Part shown: in pieces, positions 60,017 through 64,000 of the stretch
Layout of the letters: each line of letters begins with the position of its first letter
Position numbering within the stretch: position 1 is the first letter of the stretch
Assembly (NCBI GenBank): GCA_964448725.1
Contig: CAYVAJ010000001.1
Coordinates: forward strand, 7,525 to 71,524
Length of the DNA: 64,000 nucleotides
Direction: 5' to 3'
Source: an uncultured Gammaproteobacteria bacterium
GTDB lineage: Bacteria; Patescibacteriota; Microgenomatia; Levybacterales; GWA1-39-11
Position numbers and translations under genes: made by a program
The notes under the pieces: model-generated
The model's database searches: none
The model's input: the letters and a program-made list of their open reading frames with translations, nothing else
Told to the model about the DNA's origin: nothing

Positions 60017-60733
60017 ATGAAAATATTAAAGAGTGCCATTATCGAGCTTGTTAAAAAAAGCAGTATGCCCGATGAACTACATCAGAAGCTAGAAGATCAA
60101 GATTATGAATATGTATACGTAGCGCTCTTAAATGAAGGGCTGTTATCATTTGACGAATACAAGAGGTTACGAAAAGAATACTACGAAAGGAATAAATATC
60201 TCCCTATCATTCAAATAACATCTCCTCGCGCTTTTGGTGAAACTTGGGCAGAAAAACATATCACAGAAACTATTCCACAATTTGAGGCAGCACGTAACAT
60301 CAAGGGGTTAAAAACTCAAGGAATGTATGATGTTGTTTACAGGAAAGATGTTGAATCATTTGATGACGTTATAAAAATGGAAGTAAAAGCTGGAAGAGCA
60401 ATAGATAGGAGTATGCATAATATGCCTTACGATAGAAGGGCGCTAATAAGCGATGAGGTTGATAGAAAATTCGATATGAACTTTCAACAAATGAAGCCTG
60501 ATTGCTTCGATGTAGCCATTTTAATCGGTGTATGGACAGACAAGATAAGATATTGGGTATTTAGTTCAAATGAAATGAGAGAACACAAACATTTTTCATC
60601 AGGACAACATAGAGGCAACAAAGGATATGAGGGACAAATTCACATTAAGACAGAGAATTTGCAGGACTTTAGTCAATTCGAAGTAGAAGAAAGTGAAATC
60701 TTTGAGACAGTATTAAGAAAAGCCGGTAGATAA
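60017..60733 (+). CDS. Putative PD-(D/E)xK restriction endonuclease
   Basis: FGE..AE, YD...MEVK, NFQQMKP; convergent with a methyltransferase; start refined to MKILKS. Confidence 0.65.
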   Translation: MKILKSAIIELVKKSSMPDELHQKLEDQDYEYVYVALLNEGLLSFDEYKRLRKEYYERNKYLPIIQITSPRAFGETWAEKHITETIPQFEAARNIKGLKTQGMYDVVYRKDVESFDDVIKMEVKAGRAIDRSMHNMPYDRRALISDEVDRKFDMNFQQMKPDCFDVAILIGVWTDKIRYWVFSSNEMREHKHFSSGQHRGNKGYEGQIHIKTENLQDFSQFEVEESEIFETVLRKAGR

Positions 60734-62617
60734 TTCTTTTTCAACAAAATCAATCTCTTCACCCGTCATTCCGTATAAATCATAAACTGCCTCATCTAGT
60801 ATATTTGTGGTTCTTTCGAATTCACCTTCACCATTGGACATCTCCGCTTTAAGAGCCATTTTTTCAATTTCTAATTGTTTTTCTTCGGAGACTAAAATTA
60901 ACGGCAATTGTTCTAAATTACCTCGTAGAACTTTCACTGTAAAGAATGTGGACGAATAATAGTATTGCATTAATTTAGAATTCAACAAAGCTAGTAAATA
61001 TCTTGCTCGCATACCTTTAATGTCAGGAATAACACCGTTTATGTTGTTAAGCATGAAGTATGATTTATCATCATATGCAAATATGAGTTTTGAACTAATA
61101 AATTTGTAGAGTAGTTTTTCTGGTGCTAAATAGTAGTCCTTTGGTGCTACTTGCTGGAGCTGCTCTTTGTCATAGATAAAATAATGGCCACTATGGTTAA
61201 TTCGAAATTTATTTACATCACTCCCAACCAGAATTGGGTTTTGCCTAGGATCACCATTAGTGGTTGTTAAGTGCTTCTTATTATTTCCTGTCACTATTCC
61301 AAGGAAGAATTTCGCATTGTCTTTAAGAAATCTAACATCGTTATCTTTTATTTTAGATTTTAACTTATCTGACATACCTGAATGATTAATGTTAAAAATA
61401 TTTTCATGCGTTAAATAGAATTTACTTTGCGGAACGGAGCTAAAGACATTATCTTCAGAAAGTGATTTAGATGTTCGTATATCATTATTTTGTTTCTTAT
61501 CATCATCGCTAGTCGTTTCAGCCACAATAATCAATGCTGGTGCATATACTTTCTTGAATACATCTCCACACACTTGTAGGGTTAAAATCTTACATCGTTT
61601 TAGAAGTTGTTGTCTGGATAACTGATGGTTTTTAATTTTAAGATAAGCTTCTGGTATCAAGAAACCCAACCTTGCACCATCTTCTTTTAGAAAATCCAGA
61701 GAACGTTCTATAAAAAGTGTGAATGTATTAAGCCCTACGCTTCCTATTTGGTAGTATTTCCTGAAATATCTTTTTTCTTCAGGTGATAGTTTTGCACCCC
61801 AAGGCGGATTTCCTATGATTACGTCGATTTTATTTTCAAATTTACTGAGTTGATCACTATTAAAAAGATCTGAGCTTTTTTTAAGAGTGTTTGAATTTAA
61901 CACTCTCGGAACAGTTGACGTAATGAATTCTGCACGTTTAAGCAAATTGAATTGTGTTAATAAACATGCAATCTCATCTAAATCGACACCTATCAAAGCA
62001 GAAAGTATAGAAGAGTACCTATCGTTTTTTTTAATAGCTGGTTTGTTGATCTTGTATAGTCTATTTAGTTCATTAAATGCTTCTAGTAGGAACTGTCCTG
62101 ATCCACATGCAGGATCCATAATTTGCTTGTCTTTTGTTATATCAAGGTTAATCTCTTTTAGTATTTGTCTAACCACTTTCTTTGGCGTATAGTACTGGCC
62201 GTCCTCTTTTCTTCCTAATTGGTTTTGAAGAAGTTGATATAAAAATCCGAGAAAATCATCGTTAGTATCGTGCAGATCGTATTGACTAAGTGTTTGCATT
62301 ATTTTTAGATCAATACCTTCTAGAAGATTTTTATTCTTTAACGGTGATCGCAGTTTCTGTGCTATTTCTTTTCCGTTTTTAATTGCCTCTATTGAAATCT
62401 CATCATTTTTGACAAATGTATTCAATATCGTTTCCATTACATTTGAAAGGATCAACCTGTCTGCATCTTTTCCGTAGACTCCCTCTTTAAGTAGATCTAG
62501 TTTTATTTTATGTAGTTCTGAAGCACATCTGATTAAGTGAGGATGTTCATTCCAATAATCATCAGGGACAATGTAATTATTTTCGTGTGATGTTAGATTA
62601 GATTTTTTATATCTCAT
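60713..62617 (-). CDS. N6-adenine DNA methyltransferase (gamma class, TaqI/Eco57I-like) with C-terminal TRD
   Basis: GQYYTP, DPACGSGQFL (motif I), GNPPW (motif IV), YLLALLNS, VYDLYG. Confidence 0.9.
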   Translation of the reverse strand: MRYKKSNLTSHENNYIVPDDYWNEHPHLIRCASELHKIKLDLLKEGVYGKDADRLILSNVMETILNTFVKNDEISIEAIKNGKEIAQKLRSPLKNKNLLEGIDLKIMQTLSQYDLHDTNDDFLGFLYQLLQNQLGRKEDGQYYTPKKVVRQILKEINLDITKDKQIMDPACGSGQFLLEAFNELNRLYKINKPAIKKNDRYSSILSALIGVDLDEIACLLTQFNLLKRAEFITSTVPRVLNSNTLKKSSDLFNSDQLSKFENKIDVIIGNPPWGAKLSPEEKRYFRKYYQIGSVGLNTFTLFIERSLDFLKEDGARLGFLIPEAYLKIKNHQLSRQQLLKRCKILTLQVCGDVFKKVYAPALIIVAETTSDDDKKQNNDIRTSKSLSEDNVFSSVPQSKFYLTHENIFNINHSGMSDKLKSKIKDNDVRFLKDNAKFFLGIVTGNNKKHLTTTNGDPRQNPILVGSDVNKFRINHSGHYFIYDKEQLQQVAPKDYYLAPEKLLYKFISSKLIFAYDDKSYFMLNNINGVIPDIKGMRARYLLALLNSKLMQYYYSSTFFTVKVLRGNLEQLPLILVSEEKQLEIEKMALKAEMSNGEGEFERTTNILDEAVYDLYGMTGEEIDFVEKELSTGFS

Positions 62618-62627
62618 ACTTATAATT

Positions 62628-63233
62628 CTAACTAAAATTTCCTCTTATTAAACCGACGAATTTACCTCTGATTTCTAGTTGCTCTGGAATAATTATTTCA
62701 TATTTTGGATTTTTAGGTTGTAAGATTGTCCTGCCATTTTGTTGCCCTAATACTTTTAGCGTTGCTCCTTTTTCTGTAATACCCACAACTGTATCTCCTA
62801 TATCTGCTGTCATTTGATGCTTGATTAGAACAACGTCATTATCAAGGATTCCCATATCAATCATGCTATCTCCCTTTACTCTTAATGCATAATAGGACTG
62901 ATTAGAAGATAGCCTAATACTATTTGGAACTTGTATTGATTCTGCATTTTCAATCGGTTCTATGGGTTCACCGGCAGCAATAAATCCTAATAAAGGAATT
63001 GTTTGTTTTTGTGTGATTGGTGCTATACCTCTATTTTTGTGAGGATCACGTTTTAAGTATCCTTTTTTCTCTAATTCTTCGATGTAGTATTGAGCAGTAC
63101 TTAAGTTTTCAGTATCAAGAAATTTAGCCAATTCACGAAGAGAGGGAGCATATCCATTATTAGCCATGAATGAATTTATAAAATCTAATGCCTCTTTTTG
63201 CTTATCCGTTAATGGCTTGACTTTAATATCCAT
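62628..63233 (-). CDS. lexA: LexA-family repressor (wHTH + S24 peptidase)
   Basis: GYAPSLRELA wHTH, IAAGEP autocleavage site, GDSM (Ser), ATLK (Lys). Confidence 0.85.
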   Translation of the reverse strand: MDIKVKPLTDKQKEALDFINSFMANNGYAPSLRELAKFLDTENLSTAQYYIEELEKKGYLKRDPHKNRGIAPITQKQTIPLLGFIAAGEPIEPIENAESIQVPNSIRLSSNQSYYALRVKGDSMIDMGILDNDVVLIKHQMTADIGDTVVGITEKGATLKVLGQQNGRTILQPKNPKYEIIIPEQLEIRGKFVGLIRGNFS

Positions 63234-63234
63234 A

Positions 63235-63271
63235 TTATGATAACTTTATGATAAATTTATAGTTGTGTCAA
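63235..63271 (-). promoter_or_regulatory. Promoter of the LexA-like gene with tandem TTAT-N-ATAA operator candidates
   Basis: Minus strand TTGACA (63271-63266)-17-TAAAGT; TTATGATAA at 63235-63243 and 63246-63254 overlap the -10. Confidence 0.55.
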
Positions 63272-63314
63272 GTCGGTATAAATATATCAAAAGCATGAGG
63301 AGGTGAAGTAAAAA

Positions 63315-63545
63315 ATGGCAAAATCACAGCATGTAGTACCATACGGAAAAAATTGGGCAGTAAGAGGCGAAGGGAATAGTCGTGTTACATCCATTCGTAA
63401 CACGCAAACGGAGGCTTACGAGATTGCAAGACAGATAGCAATTAATAACAAATCTGAAGTCATTATACATCGCCCTAACGGACAAATAAGGGATAAGGAC
63501 AGTTTTGGCCGAGATCCGTTCCCACCTAAAGATAAAAGGCACTAA
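63315..63545 (+). CDS. DUF2188 family protein
   Basis: QHVVP...WAVRGEG..R......TQ.EA...AR.IA.....EV.IH..NGQIR...SFG.DP.PP; strong SD GAGGAGGTG. Confidence 0.85.
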   Translation: MAKSQHVVPYGKNWAVRGEGNSRVTSIRNTQTEAYEIARQIAINNKSEVIIHRPNGQIRDKDSFGRDPFPPKDKRH

Positions 63546-63549
63546 AAAT

Positions 63550-64000
63550 ATGGATGAGTTGGTATTATCACAAGCAACAATCACAGGATTACCCCGTGGA
63601 TTACACGAGGGTACGGTATTGGATTTACAAAAGATAAATTATTTATTTGGTGCGAATGGATCAGGAAAATCACTAACCCTACGACTGATAACCAGGCAAG
63701 CCAAGGAACAAATACGACAAAAGGGGTTAAATCAGAAAGGATATTTTTCTCAATATATAACTGCCACACCACAACAAAGCTTTTATAACGATCACTTTCA
63801 AATTCTAGAAAAAACCGCAACTGAATTTGATCTAGAAAGTGATGATATTACTGGCGGAGCGTTTTATCAACATCTGCAAGAATACCCAGAAATTTTAATA
63901 AAAGTACGTGATGCATTGCAGAAGTATTTAGGTAGATATCCGAACGTAGTCCGTCGAGGAATTAACAATGTTATGACGTTTTTAAGAGAAGAGGAGGATG
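63550..64000 (+). CDS. ABC/AAA-type ATPase (OLD/AAA_15-like), partial
   Basis: Not in the ORF track (runs off the window). MDELVL...KINYLFGANGSGKS Walker A; starts 4 nt after DUF2188. Confidence 0.75.
   Translation, partial: MDELVLSQATITGLPRGLHEGTVLDLQKINYLFGANGSGKSLTLRLITRQAKEQIRQKGLNQKGYFSQYITATPQQSFYNDHFQILEKTATEFDLESDDITGGAFYQHLQEYPEILIKVRDALQKYLGRYPNVVRRGINNVMTFLREEED

Larger units (their letters stand above)
56364..64000. mobile_element. Integrative element / defence island inserted at the tRNA-Asn 3' end (right end outside the window)
   Basis: Serine recombinase abutting the tRNA, followed by MGE-type and defence-type genes and no housekeeping genes. Confidence 0.8.

Noticed and set aside
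63581-63820. 79-aa hydrophobic minus-strand ORF
   Set aside because: Antisense to the plus-strand ATPase, which has a clear Walker A and is coupled to DUF2188.
1-64000. Alternative genetic code (UGA = Gly, code 25)
   Set aside because: Long conserved genes read through intact under code 11, and TGA ends genes at expected positions (acyP, jag, dnaG).

Overview
A ~35-38% GC (estimated by eye) bacterial chromosome segment that looks like Patescibacteria/CPR (Microgenomates-like): archaeal-type ATP-dependent DNA ligase and UMP kinase, stand-alone 5'-3' exonuclease, DUF4012/CvpA-CAP/PBP cluster, tRNAs without encoded CCA, genetic code 11. Positions 1-56,050 are mostly housekeeping genes (recF, mutM, ftsH, trpS, tgt, murD, rplY, glmS, valS, rnhA, two class A PBPs, jag-yidC-rnpA-rpmH, gap/pgk/fba/rpiB/rpe, comM, dnaG-rpoD, a second sigma70) plus six intact tRNA genes. 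A seventh tRNA, Asn(GTT), is split inside its anticodon (35/36) by a 208-nt group I intron. Its 3' end is also the insertion site of a serine-recombinase island (about 56.4 kb to beyond 64 kb) carrying a SpoVG-like protein with an SSB-type tail, a probable restriction-modification pair, a LexA-like repressor with a candidate operator, DUF2188 and a truncated ABC/OLD-type ATPase. Non-coding highlights: two related 73-bp elements that duplicate the 3' ends of two different tRNA-Ser genes; a variant glmS-ribozyme-like RNA; three clusters of 11-bp-phased TGCGG repeats around glmS; pervasive '-10 box + 6 nt + start codon' leaderless architecture; and several non-canonical tRNAs. All calls were made by eye and no database searches were run.
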